Below are positions 35,179-45,625 of a DNA stretch of 64,000 nucleotides, piece by piece (position 1 is the first letter of the stretch; every line of letters starts with the position of its first letter). Position numbers and translations under genes: made by a program. The stretch covers positions 47,233-111,232 of the forward strand of contig CBDCWP010000040.1 in the NCBI GenBank assembly GCA_965223505.1, given 5' to 3'. The notes beneath the pieces are model-generated. The model did not search any database. It had not been told where the DNA came from and worked only from the letters and a program-made list of their open reading frames with translations. Source of the DNA: Planctomycetota bacterium. GTDB taxonomy: Bacteria > Planctomycetota > PLA2 > JAEUHO01.

Positions 35179-36089
35179 CGCTTGACCCCGCGTTGCTCGC
35201 GCATCCGGAAGAACTTCAGGATCGGGCCGGCGACCAGGTCCTTGCCGCCCTCGCGCGGGACGGGCACGTCGAGGCGGTCGACGTTGGCGTGAAGCAGCGT
35301 GTGCTCCGTACGCGCCCGCCACGCCGCAACGCCGTCCGAATGGGCCGCGCGAACGCGGGGACTGCTCGTGTCGACGAGGGACTCGATGCCGGTCTCCGGA
35401 TCCCGCACACGAGCCAGGCCGACGCTCGGAAGCGCAAGCTCGGGCAGCAGCAGCCGGGCGGCGATGACGTCGTGGTGCTTGGCGCAGAGCGAGAGCGCGC
35501 GTTGGTAGCCGTCGGTCAGGAAGTCGGAGATGACGAAGACGATCGCGTGGCGGCGAACGGCACGGGATGCGAGCTCGAGCGCCGGCACCAGGTCCGTGCG
35601 TTCGCCGGGGGTGGGCAGCGCGAGGCAGTCGCGCACGATGCGAAGCGCGTGGCGAACGCCCTTCTTCGGCGCGACGAACGACTCGACACGGTCGCTGAAG
35701 CCAATCATGCCGACACGGTCGCCGTTGCGGGTGGCCGCGATGCCCAGACAAGCGCAGATGCGCGCGGCCGTCTGGCGCGCGGACCACACGCCGAACCCGC
35801 CGGCCATCGACGCGGAGAGATCGACGAGGAACAGCATCGTGAGGTTGCGCTCGTCGACGTGCGTCTTGACGTAGGGCGCGCCCATGCGCGCGGTGACGTT
35901 CCAGTCGATGGAGCGCCGCGGGTCGCCTTCGACGTATTCGCGCACGGTGTCGAACTCGATGCCGGCGCCGCGAAACACCGAGAGATAGCCGCCCGCCATG
36001 ACGTTCGTGACGAGCCGGCGCGACTGCACCTCGATGCGGCGGACCTCGGTGAGGATCTCCGCCAGATCGGGATCGAGCTCGTGCAGCAT
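35175..36089 (-). CDS. DUF58 protein (MoxR-associated, VWA-like)
   Basis: 304 aa containing FRGAGIEFDTVREYVEGDPRRSIDWNVTAR and FLVDLSASM. Confidence 0.85.
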   Translation of the reverse strand: MLHELDPDLAEILTEVRRIEVQSRRLVTNVMAGGYLSVFRGAGIEFDTVREYVEGDPRRSIDWNVTARMGAPYVKTHVDERNLTMLFLVDLSASMAGGFGVWSARQTAARICACLGIAATRNGDRVGMIGFSDRVESFVAPKKGVRHALRIVRDCLALPTPGERTDLVPALELASRAVRRHAIVFVISDFLTDGYQRALSLCAKHHDVIAARLLLPELALPSVGLARVRDPETGIESLVDTSSPRVRAAHSDGVAAWRARTEHTLLHANVDRLDVPVPREGGKDLVAGPILKFFRMREQRGVKR

Positions 36090-36096
36090 CGCGTCC

Positions 36097-37086
36097 CTAC
36101 GGTACCGGCACGGTGTCGAAGACGTTCTGGATCACGTCTTCCGACGAGATCCCCTCGGCCTCCGCCTCGTACGTCGTGATGACGCGATGCCGCAGCACCT
36201 CCATGCCGACGGACTTGATGTCGTGCGGCGACACGAACCCGCGTCCTTCGAGGAGCGCCCGGGCGCGCGCGGCGCGCACCAACGCGATCGACGCCCTCGG
36301 CGACGCGCCGTAGAGAATCAGCGGTTCCAGCTCGGGGAGCCTCGCGCGTTCGGGTTCGCGCGTGGCGAAGACGACATCGGAGACGTAGCCGAAGATCTTC
36401 TCGTCCACGTAGACCGCGTCGAGCAGCTCGCGTGCGGTCAGGATCGTCTCCGGCGACGCGACGGCCTTCGCAGTTGGACGCTTGGACGTGCTCACCATGC
36501 GCTCGATGATGAGCGGTTCTTCCTCCCGGCTCGGATACGGCACGACGACCTTCAACATGAACCGGTCGATCTGCGCCTCGGGCAGCGGGTACGTCCCTTC
36601 GAGCTCCACCGGGTTCTGCGTCGCCAGCACGAGGAACGGCGCGGGCAACGGACGCGTCTCCCCGGCGAGGGTGACCTGGCGCTCCTCCATCGCTTCGAGC
36701 AGCGCGGACTGCACCTTCGCGGGCGCCCGGTTGATCTCGTCGGCGAGGACGAAGTTGCCGAAGATGGGCCCCTCGCGCACGGCCCACTCGCCGGTCTGCG
36801 GGTTGAAGACCTGCGTGCCGAGGAGATCGGAGGGCAGCAGGTCGGGCGTGAACTGGATTCGCCGGTACGTCCCGGCGAACGCCGCCGCCATCGATTCGAC
36901 GGCGAGCGACTTGGCGAGCCCGGGAAGGCCCTCGAGCAGCACGTGCCCGTCGGCGAGCAGACCGATCAGCATGCTGTCGATCAGCGGCTTCTGTCCGACG
37001 ATGACCCGTTCGACCTCGTGGATCACGTCGCGCAAGAAAGTGCTCTCACGCTCGATGCGCTCGGTGACGGCAGATACGTCGTTCAC
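36097..37086 (-). CDS. moxR: MoxR-family AAA+ ATPase
   Basis: 329 aa with Walker A GLPGLAKS, Walker B/sensor LADEINRAPAKVQSALLEAMEE, and ATQNPVELEGTYPLPEAQIDRF. Confidence 0.92.
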   Translation of the reverse strand: MNDVSAVTERIERESTFLRDVIHEVERVIVGQKPLIDSMLIGLLADGHVLLEGLPGLAKSLAVESMAAAFAGTYRRIQFTPDLLPSDLLGTQVFNPQTGEWAVREGPIFGNFVLADEINRAPAKVQSALLEAMEERQVTLAGETRPLPAPFLVLATQNPVELEGTYPLPEAQIDRFMLKVVVPYPSREEEPLIIERMVSTSKRPTAKAVASPETILTARELLDAVYVDEKIFGYVSDVVFATREPERARLPELEPLILYGASPRASIALVRAARARALLEGRGFVSPHDIKSVGMEVLRHRVITTYEAEAEGISSEDVIQNVFDTVPVP

Positions 37087-37112
37087 AGGCCGCGGCCTCC
37101 CTCGTGGTTGGG

Positions 37113-39344
37113 CTAGCGACCGCCGGGCCCGAGGCCGATGTCCGGACGCAACAGTGCCGAGTCGAGCTCCGAGAGCGCGACCTCGACCTTCGCCGCGAGG
37201 TCCGCCTTCTCCGCCTTCTTCAGGCGCGCAAGGAGCATCTGCCCGGTCTCACCGGGCGTGAATCCCATCGCGTCGCGCGTGCCCGCTGCGCTCGGGTCGC
37301 GCGCGAACGACTTCAGGATCTCCTTGGTGGCGAGCTCGTCGTCGTCGAGCTGGTACGCCATGCGCGCGATCGCCGCGTGCGCCAGCGCGATGTGCCGGTC
37401 GCCGAATGCCTTGTGCGCCTCGTGGGCCTGAATCGCGTCCTCGTAGTGCATGATCGAGCGCTCGTAGCCCGCGATCGCCTTCTCGTATCGATTCGTGCGA
37501 CGGTAGTACTCCGCGACCGTCAGCGACGCGAGGCTCGCGTAGGCCGACAGTCGGGCCGGATCCTCGAACTCCTTGAGCAGCTCGGCGTAGTACGTCTCGA
37601 GCGCCTTCGCGCCGCGACGTCGCATCAAGCGTTCGCGCAGTGCCTTGTGCAGCTTCTCCGAGTCGCGGAAGCGCCCGATGCCCTCGTGCAGGATGCGCGT
37701 CGCGCGGTGATGCGCGCCGAGCCAGTCCATGAAGTCGTAGTGCCAGAACACCTGGTCGGCGGTGCCGAGCGGGTGGCGCTGCAGGATCGCGTACGCCGCG
37801 TGAAGGTCCGCCAGCCATCCCTGCGGCCAGTCCTCCTTCGCCTTCACCGCCTTCTTGATCGCCTTGAAGCGCGACTCCGCGAACACAGTGACGAGCGCCA
37901 TCGAACGCCACGTGCTGTCGTCCGCCGGCAGGTCCTTCATGGCGACGTCGGCGCGCTTGTACGCTTCGGCCGCGTCGCCGGTGTAGTACGCCGCGAGCGC
38001 CAGAACGGAGTTGACGCGCCAGCCGGTGGCGCCGAGCTTCTCCGCCGCAAGCGCCTCGCGTTTCGCGTCGACGTACATCTGCCGCGTGATCTGGCGCGCG
38101 AGCCGCTGGTTGCTCACGTACTTGCGGGGCGCTTCGAACGCGAGCGCGAGACTGGACTCCGCCAGCTGCAATCGGGGTCCCGGGTCGTCGGGGTTCGACT
38201 CCGCGGCCTGCGCCTGGTACTCGGCCTGGGCGACGAGCTGCTCGTGCGTCGGCGTCGGGGCGACGCGCTTCGGCTTCTTCGACCACGCGGACGGATCGAG
38301 CTTGGACTTCTCGGCGAGGCCGGCGTGCAGGCCGGCGAGCCACTGGGCCAGCTCCGACTTGTCGCCGAGCCGCTTGAGCGCCGCGATGAGCGCGTCGCGC
38401 TCCGACGGCTCCATGGGCACCTGCATCGCCTCGGAAATGAGCTGTGTCGCGTGCGGCGTGTCGACCTTGGCGAGCGCCTGGCGGGCGGTCTTGCTCAGGT
38501 CGACGTCGAGACCGAAGATCGCGAGTCGCAGCAGATCGATCGGCGCGGCCTTCGGATTCTTGATCGCGGCTTCGAGCAGCTTGCGGCGGGTCTCGGCGTC
38601 GCCGCTCTGATACGCCGCCTCGACGGCCTGGCGGTCGGCCAGATGGCGGCTCGCGACGCGCTCCATGATCGGACGGTCGCCGCGAACGATAAGCGGCTTG
38701 GCATCGGGGAACTTCGCGCGGCCGTCGATGATCGAGTCGAAGACGCCCGCCGTGTCGTTGATGTAGTAGACGTCGTACGCTTCGTTGCCTTCGACGTCGA
38801 CCGCGATGTGCCGCGGCGCGACGCGCTGCCCGTCGCAGAACTTCTCGTAGATCGTCGGCTCGATGGCGATGTGCTCGCCGCAGGTGACGCTGCCGAAGCG
38901 CGGGCAGAGGATGCGCTTGCCGTCGTCGTCGTAGTCGCGCGGCGTGTGCCGGTACACGGACGCGATGACCGTCACGTACTGGCTGTAGAGCTCGGCGACC
39001 TCGGGCTGGCGGTAGCGCTTCCCCGCCCAGTGCTCGCTCGCGATCTCGCCGTCCATGTTGATGCAGATGAGGATCGGCTTGCCGGTCTCCTTGGCGACGG
39101 CGATCGCGTCCTCCCAGGTGCGCTGGAAGGGGATCAGGCACGGGCTCGCCCAGTCTTCGGCTGTCGGCGCGGGCCACATGCCTTCGCGGCCGAGATTTTC
39201 GTCGACGCGGTTGCCGAGCTGCGGACGCGCCGGTTTCTTCCCGTCGTCCTTCTCGTCTTCTTCGGCGACGAGCGGGGCAACGAACACCAGCGTCAAGACG
39301 GCGCACAGGGCGAACCGTGCGGCCCAGGCAAAGCGACGCGACAT
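37113..39344 (-). CDS. Secreted protein: Cys-less thioredoxin-fold-like N-terminal domain plus long helical-repeat region
   Basis: Start at ATG 39344 with GGAGG upstream, giving 743 aa. The signal peptide is FALCAVLTLVFVAPLVA. The thioredoxin-like segment GKPILICINMDGEIASEHW lacks a CxxC. A CPRFGSVTCGEH motif follows, then about 500 aa of Ala/Leu-rich helices. It ends 27 nt before moxR. Confidence 0.55.
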   Translation of the reverse strand: MSRRFAWAARFALCAVLTLVFVAPLVAEEDEKDDGKKPARPQLGNRVDENLGREGMWPAPTAEDWASPCLIPFQRTWEDAIAVAKETGKPILICINMDGEIASEHWAGKRYRQPEVAELYSQYVTVIASVYRHTPRDYDDDGKRILCPRFGSVTCGEHIAIEPTIYEKFCDGQRVAPRHIAVDVEGNEAYDVYYINDTAGVFDSIIDGRAKFPDAKPLIVRGDRPIMERVASRHLADRQAVEAAYQSGDAETRRKLLEAAIKNPKAAPIDLLRLAIFGLDVDLSKTARQALAKVDTPHATQLISEAMQVPMEPSERDALIAALKRLGDKSELAQWLAGLHAGLAEKSKLDPSAWSKKPKRVAPTPTHEQLVAQAEYQAQAAESNPDDPGPRLQLAESSLALAFEAPRKYVSNQRLARQITRQMYVDAKREALAAEKLGATGWRVNSVLALAAYYTGDAAEAYKRADVAMKDLPADDSTWRSMALVTVFAESRFKAIKKAVKAKEDWPQGWLADLHAAYAILQRHPLGTADQVFWHYDFMDWLGAHHRATRILHEGIGRFRDSEKLHKALRERLMRRRGAKALETYYAELLKEFEDPARLSAYASLASLTVAEYYRRTNRYEKAIAGYERSIMHYEDAIQAHEAHKAFGDRHIALAHAAIARMAYQLDDDELATKEILKSFARDPSAAGTRDAMGFTPGETGQMLLARLKKAEKADLAAKVEVALSELDSALLRPDIGLGPGGR

Positions 39345-39499
39345 GCAACCTCCGAGGCGCGGAACCAACCGCCGCCAATGGTACCGCCCGGAGGGTGGCG
39401 CTGCCGGGGAAGTCGCGAGCCGGGCGGGATGAACGCCGATCTCACGCGCGGTGTATCGCGCAGGGGACGGCGAGATCCGCGAATCCCCGGCGGCAGCGG

Positions 39500-42400
39500 T
39501 CAGTCGTCCTTCACGACGACCGCCGGAACGCCCTTCGCGGCCTCGTTGAACGCGGTCACCATCTTGGCCAGCACGGCGTCCAGCTCGTCGAGCTGCACCT
39601 TCACGCGTTCCTTCAGGCTCGCCAACACCGCCTTCGCGCTGTCGGTCGGCCGAAGGTCGCGATGGGTCTGACCGAGCAGCATCGTGAGCTTGTCGTTGAG
39701 CTTCACCGGGTAGTTGAGCGGATCCTGCGGCGACTTGCTCTTCGTCTGAATGAGCGCGTCTTCGATCGCCTGCAGCGCCTTCTTGAGCTCGTCGGCGGAG
39801 GGCTTGAGCTTCTTCGCGGCCTGGGCGTTGCGCGCACGCCGCATCGTCGCGCCGATCTGCCTGCGGACGTCGCGGATGGTATTGATCGCCTTGTGAACGC
39901 GGTCGAGCGTCTCGTACACATCGTCGATGTACGCGGACGACGCCGCGATGTCCTCGTCGCTGATCTCCAGACGCGGGTCGCGGCGCACCTCGAGCGTGCC
40001 CTTGACGCTCGACCCCTCGCCGATCTTCAGCGTGACCGTGTACGTGCCGGGCAGCACCATCGGCCCGTTGCGAAGCCGCGGCCAACCGACGGCGCCGGGC
40101 ACCTTGGTGGGCGCCTTGCGGCGCATGTTCCACATGTAGACGTTCATGCCGGACTTCGCCCGGATCTTCGACGAGGGAACGTCGTCGTCGTCCTCCTCCT
40201 CCGATGCGCCCGTCTTCTTGTCGTTCCGGCCGTCGTCGTCCTTCTCGGGCACGAGCTCGAACGCGTTCATCGTCCGCCCGCGGGCGTCGACGAAGGACAG
40301 CGAGGCGCCGTCGAAGTCCGGCGGCAGGTTGAAGTGGATCCGCGCGCTGCCGCGAAGGGCCCGGTACGCCGGCGCCGGCTTGCACAGATACGCGCCCTTC
40401 GGCGCCACCGCCCCCACCTGGCGCAGGCGGCTCAGTCCGCTCAGGATCCAGAACGAGCGTCCTTGGGTCGAGACCACGAGGTCGTCGCCCTTGACGACGA
40501 GGTCGGTGATCGGCACGACCGGCAGATCGAGCTGCAGCGACTGCCAGTTCGCGCCCGCGTCGAACGACACGTACACGCCCGTCTCGGTGCCGGCGAAGAG
40601 CATGTCACGCCGCTCGGGGTCCTCGCGCACCGCGCGAACGAAGGCCTCCTTGCCGATGCCCTTCACGACCGGCTCCCACGTCGCGCCGCGATCGCGCGTT
40701 CGAACCACGTACGGGCGGAAGTCGTCGCTCTTGTAGCGATTGACGGCGAGATACGCGACGTCGGCGTCGTGCGGCGACGCCTCGACGAGACTGATCAACG
40801 CGTTCTTCCCGAGGCCCTTCGGCGTGACCTTTTCCCAGTTCTTGCCTTCGTCGTCGGTGACGTGCACCAGGCCGTCGTCGGTGCCGACCCAGATGCGCCC
40901 CCTCTTCAGCGGCGACTCGGCGACGCTGAAGATCGTGCAGTAGTACTCGACGGTCGTGTTGTCCTGCGTGATCGGGCCGCCGCTCGACGCCTGCTTCTGC
41001 TTGTCGTTGGTCGTGAGGTCGGGGCTGATGACCTCGAAGCTCTGACCGCCGTTCGTCGTCTTGAAGAGCACCTCGCCGCCGACGTACACGACGTCGGGAT
41101 CGTGCGGGGAGATGACGATCGGGAACGTCCACTGGAAGCGGTGCTTCAGCTCGGCGGCGCCGCCCCCGATCGGATTTTCCGGCCACGGGCTGATCGGACG
41201 CGCAAGCCCCGTTTTGTGGTCGTAGCGCGTGAGCCAGCCGGCGTACGAGCCGGCGTAGATCACGTCGGGGTCGTCGGGTCGCGCCGCGATGTAGCCGCTC
41301 TCGCCGCCGCCGACGGCGTAGAAGTCCCGGCCGTTGAGCGCGTGGCTGGTGTGCGCGATCGACATCGTCGAGTTGTCCTGTTGCGCCCCGAGTACGCGAT
41401 AGGGAAACCGGTTGTCGGTCGCGACGTGATAGAACTGCGCCGTGGGCTGGTTGTCCTGGCGCGACCACGTCTGCCCGCCGTCGATCGAGACGTTCGCGCC
41501 GCCGTCGTTGCCCTCGATCATGCGTTGGTTGTCGTCGGGATCGATCCAAAGCGCGTGATTGTCGACGTGCGGCGTCGGGATCGCCTTGAAGCTCTTGCCC
41601 CCGTCGATCGACTTGTGGAATCGTACGTTGAGGACGTAGACGGTGTCCGCGGCCTGCGGATCGGCCTGGATGCGCGAGTAGTACCAGGCGCGCTGCCGCA
41701 GCTTGCGTTCCTGGTTCACGCGCGACCAGTTGTCGCCCCCGTCATCGGAACGAAACACGCCGCCGTCTTCGGCTTCGACGATCGCAAAGACGCGGTCCTG
41801 TCTTGCGGCGGAGGGCGAGACGCCGATCTTGCCCAGCACGCCCTTGGGCAGGCCCTTCTTCAGCTTCTCCCAGGTGTCGCCGCCGTCCTTGGAGCGCCAG
41901 AGCCCGCTGCCCTCGCCGCCGCTGTCGAGCCGCCAGGGTTTGCGGCGCACCTGCCAGAAGCCCGCGTAGACGATGCGCGGATTGAACGGATCCAGCGCGA
42001 TGTCGACGGCGCCGGTGTCCTCGTTGACGAAGTGAACGCGCTTCCACGTCGCGCCGCCGTCCGTCGAGCGGAAGACGCCGCGCTGGATGTTGGGTCCGAA
42101 GACGTGTCCGAGCGCGGCCACGTAGACGACGTCCGGGTTCGTCGGGTGAATTGCGATGCGTCCGATCTGGCGCGAGTCGAACAGCCCCACGCGCTTCCAC
42201 GTCTTGCCGGCGTCGGTCGACTTGTAGACCCCGTCGCCGTGGGAGAAGTTGCCGCGGATGTCGGGCTCGCCGGTGCCGGCGTAGACGACGTTCGGATCGC
42301 TCTGTGCCACGGCCACCCGCGCCGACGGACCCCGTCGTGAAGAACTTGTCGCTGACGTTCTTCCAGTGCGCGCCGGCGTCGGTCGTCTTCCACACGCCGC

Positions 42401-42602
42401 CGCCGCACGCGCCCATGTAGTAGGTGCGCCGGTCGCCGCGAACGCCGGCGACGCTGGACACGCGCCCGCCACGGGCCGGCCCGATGCAACGCCACGTCAG
42501 ACCCGCGAACGCCGGCTCGGTCTTCTCCTCGGCCGCTTGGAGCGGAGCGTCGCCTAGGAGGAGGACGAAACCGACGAGGATGAGAACGTGAATGCGCGCC
42601 AT
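39500..42602 (-). pseudogene. Sortilin/VPS10-like BNR-repeat beta-propeller protein, interrupted by one +1 frame disruption
   Basis: ORF 41742..42602 supplies the signal peptide and first blade (GGGVWKTTDAGAHWKNVSDKFFTTGSVGA). ORF 39500..42472 continues with VAVAQSDPNVVYAGTGEPDIRGN and many xSxDxGxTW blades. The join lies in the run CCACCCGC at 42313-42320 (minus strand GCGGGTGG). The total span is 3n+1 nt. Confidence 0.8.
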
Positions 42603-42645
42603 GGGAACCGCCTTCCAGGGCGCGACAGGCTACCTCAATCGCGGC

Positions 42646-43110
42646 CTACGCGGGGCGATACGTCGCGTCCATGAGCGGCTGCCAGCTCTCGCCGTCCTGC
42701 GACATCGCCATCTCGAAGCGGGTCTCGGCGTCGCCGAACGTATAGCGGTAGCGATGGTGCCCCATCGGCGACGTGTTCGTGAACGTCAGCACGTCGTCTT
42801 CGAAGGTGCCCGTCGCGACGCCGCCCGCGCCTCCCATCGAGTCGAACCAGTACATGACGTACTGCTCGTTCGCGGGGTCCCAGCTATAAACGCCGTGCCC
42901 ACGAAACGTGACGTCGTCACCGTCCTTCTGCTCGTAGTCCGACACCACGAAGAACCCCTCGAGAACGCGCGCGCTGATGCGACCGATGCGTTCCTTCGCC
43001 TCCGGACTCCACGGCGAGGGCAACATGCTTTCCTCGCCGACCCACTCGCCGGCGAGCTTCGACAGGTTCTCGTGCTGGACACCGGGGACGGGCATGTGCT
43101 GCGTGGTCAT
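42646..43110 (-). CDS. DUF1579-family protein
   Basis: Start at ATG 43110, with GGAGG supplied by the codons of the longer ORF. The sequence runs MTTQHMPVPG...LAGEWVGEE...GHGVYSWDPANEQYVMYWFDSMG.... Confidence 0.7.
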   Translation of the reverse strand: MTTQHMPVPGVQHENLSKLAGEWVGEESMLPSPWSPEAKERIGRISARVLEGFFVVSDYEQKDGDDVTFRGHGVYSWDPANEQYVMYWFDSMGGAGGVATGTFEDDVLTFTNTSPMGHHRYRYTFGDAETRFEMAMSQDGESWQPLMDATYRPA

Positions 43111-43178
43111 CTCTGCCTCCATTCTTCAGGGGGCCCGATGTACCAAATTCGAAGCGTTCGTGGGGCGCCGGGCCGGGT

Positions 43179-44870
43179 CTACGGTCTCGGAAACGAGAAT
43201 CGCACGGTCTGGCTGCTGCCGGTGAACCGGTGCAGCGGCCGACCCTGCCGGTCGACGAGGACAGCGCGCCCCGCGTCGCCGTGCGCCACGACGCGCAGGC
43301 GTGCCAGGTTCCAGTTGTCGCCGCCCATCCCGCCGCCGAGCGTCGTCCGGATCTCGATGGCCTGCAGGTCGGCGCGCGGAACACCGCCTGCGAGCGTGAT
43401 CGTGATGTCGCGCGTCGTTCGGTCGGCGAGTCGCCGGCGGTTGTTGATCGAAGCGCGAACCGGGGCCCGGCCGCGGATGTGGACGTACGCGGTCGCGTTG
43501 TCGTTGCCGCCGCGCAGATCGTCGTTGCCGGTTCGCACCGACACCTCGAGGCGACGCACCAACGCCGTTCCCGCCGTCCCGCCCGTGCCCGTCGTTCCCG
43601 TGCTCGGCGTCGCCGCCGGGCCGACGATCTCCCACCACCTTCCGCGGCGCGGCGAGAAGTCCTGCATGCCGCGTCCGCCCTTCACGTACAGCAGTCGCGG
43701 CGCGCTCGAGCTGTGTGAAGTGACCTTGAGCCCGTCGAGATCCCACTGGTCCCTGCCCCCGCCCGCATGGAACTCGATGCCGATCCGCCGAATGTCGCTT
43801 CGACGCGTCCCGCGCGGCATGTCGAGGTTGACCCGATGGCGCGAACGCGATGCGAGACCACCGCGCGGGTTCATGCTGCGCCGCACCGTCCCGCGCGAGG
43901 TCTCGACGATGGCGAGCGCGCGCGTGTCACCGCGCATGTCGTCGCTGCCGGTGAACAGCTCGAAGCGCACCTGCCGGACCACCTCCGTCCCCGCGCGATT
44001 GTCGCGCTGCAGCCTGGCGTTGACGTTGTAGATTCCGCCGGACCCTTCGAAGGTGACCGTACGCGACTGGTTGCGCGGGTTCATGCGCAGGCTCTTGATC
44101 TTGATCGCGCCGCCGGGCAGACCGCTCTGCGTGCGTTCCGTAGGCCGCGCGACCTCGGAGAGCCCGGTCAGCGCGGGCACGATGAAGGCGTGCACCCCCA
44201 CGATCTGGTCGGGATTGAAGGTCGAGCCCACCGTGAGCTGGAAGAGCAGCTTCAGCGCGTTGTCGGCGAGCAGCTCCCTGAGCATCGTCTCGATCTGCTG
44301 CTCGACCTCCGACGTATCGAAGGCCGTGCCTCCCAGCGCGCCGCGGACGATCCTGCCGGACTCGACGTGACGGACGAGGATCGTGCGGAACTTCGGAATC
44401 GCCTGATTGAGCAGGTCCTTGAAGACGTGCGGCGGCGTGTTGTTGTTGTCGATCGCGACGACGATCGCGCCGAGGACCTCGGAGGTCACGGCCGCGTTCC
44501 AGGTCGTGCGATCCGCCGCGTTGAAGCGCGCGATGTTCACGTTGCGCCACTCGATGCCGCCCATCCAGAACGGAATTTCCGCGGAGGCGCCTTGCTGCAG
44601 ATGGCGGCTCGCGTGCACGCGGTGCCACGCCGGCTTCGAAACCCAGTCGTGCGGTTCGTTCTCGATGACGCGCAGGCTCGTCGAGCCGCGGCGGTTGAGC
44701 GTGGAGCGGAAGGCGATGGTCGCGAAGTACGGCCGGTCGCCCGACGCTTCACGCTCCCGCACGACCTGGACCCGGTCGAGCAGGAGCCGGATGTCGTCGG
44801 CACCGGCATCGGACGCGATGGCGATCAGCGCGGCAGAGACGAGGACGAGAAGCAAGAGTGCGCGAGTCAT
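43179..44870 (-). CDS. Secreted protein with an unknown N-terminal domain and two tandem ~95-aa TGxDDxRG...DxWxL beta-sandwich-like repeats
   Basis: 563 aa with signal peptide MTRALLLLVLVSAALIAIASDAGA. Repeat A is VRFELFTGSDDMRGDT...IGIEFHAGGGRDQWDLDGLKV. Repeat B is LEVSVRTGNDDLRGGND...IEIRTTLGGGMGGDNWNLARLRV. Confidence 0.6.
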   Translation of the reverse strand: MTRALLLLVLVSAALIAIASDAGADDIRLLLDRVQVVREREASGDRPYFATIAFRSTLNRRGSTSLRVIENEPHDWVSKPAWHRVHASRHLQQGASAEIPFWMGGIEWRNVNIARFNAADRTTWNAAVTSEVLGAIVVAIDNNNTPPHVFKDLLNQAIPKFRTILVRHVESGRIVRGALGGTAFDTSEVEQQIETMLRELLADNALKLLFQLTVGSTFNPDQIVGVHAFIVPALTGLSEVARPTERTQSGLPGGAIKIKSLRMNPRNQSRTVTFEGSGGIYNVNARLQRDNRAGTEVVRQVRFELFTGSDDMRGDTRALAIVETSRGTVRRSMNPRGGLASRSRHRVNLDMPRGTRRSDIRRIGIEFHAGGGRDQWDLDGLKVTSHSSSAPRLLYVKGGRGMQDFSPRRGRWWEIVGPAATPSTGTTGTGGTAGTALVRRLEVSVRTGNDDLRGGNDNATAYVHIRGRAPVRASINNRRRLADRTTRDITITLAGGVPRADLQAIEIRTTLGGGMGGDNWNLARLRVVAHGDAGRAVLVDRQGRPLHRFTGSSQTVRFSFPRP

Positions 44871-44997
44871 GGCGAGTACCTCCGTGGGCGGCCGGGACCA
44901 CTCCGGAGGGGCGCCGAGCAGCGCGCTGCTGTAGACATCGAATCCGCATGTCTACGAACGGGGGCGGCCGGGCGCCCTCGAGGCGACGGAGGCGCCG

Positions 44998-45625
44998 CTA
45001 GCCGGTGAAGTCGTCCCCGACGAGCTCCCGCAGCCGCTTGAGAGCGCGAATGTAGCGCTTGCTGGCGGCGTGCTTGCCGAGCCCGAGCTCGTGCGCGACC
45101 TCCTCGTTGGACAGCTCTTCGAAATGCCGCATGCACAGCACCTCGCGATCCGTCTCACTGAGCTCACCGAGAAGAGCGACGATGCGTTCGCGAAGCTCCG
45201 TGCGCGCGGCGCCCCGCGTCGGCGTCGTGGTGTCCGCCGCGAGCATGTCCACCATCGCGACGACGCTGGCCTCCGGCATTCGCGCGTCGTCCGGCCGCTC
45301 CTGACGGCGCACGTCCCGGCGCTTGGCGTCGAGATGGAAGCGATGCGTCTTCATCAGGCGCTGTCCGGTGAGCCGCCGCAACCACACGAAGAAAGGTACG
45401 CGCGGATCGTCGACGTACTCGCCGATCCGGTTGGTCACTTCGACATAGGCGTCTTGGATGACATCCGACGCGTCGACCCGCGCGCGCACCTGCGGGTGCA
45501 TGCGCATGCGCACCATGCGAATCAACCGTCCGCGGTGACGCTGGGAGGAGGCCGTTGAGGACGGTCTCGCGGCCCGCCTCGCCGGCGGCAATCAGCCCTT
45601 CGTCGAACGTCACGTCTTCCGACAT
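44998..45625 (-). pseudogene. ECF-type sigma-70 factor interrupted by one +1 frame disruption in region 2.1
   Basis: ATG 45625 gives MSEDVTFDEGLIAAGEAGRETVLNGLL. The frame then breaks at the G run 45543-45545, and the remainder (QRHRGRLIRMVRMRMHPQVRARVDASDVIQDAYVEV...LSNEEVAHELGLGKHAASKRYIRALKRL) is in ORF 44998..45591. The span is 3n+1 nt. Confidence 0.75.
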
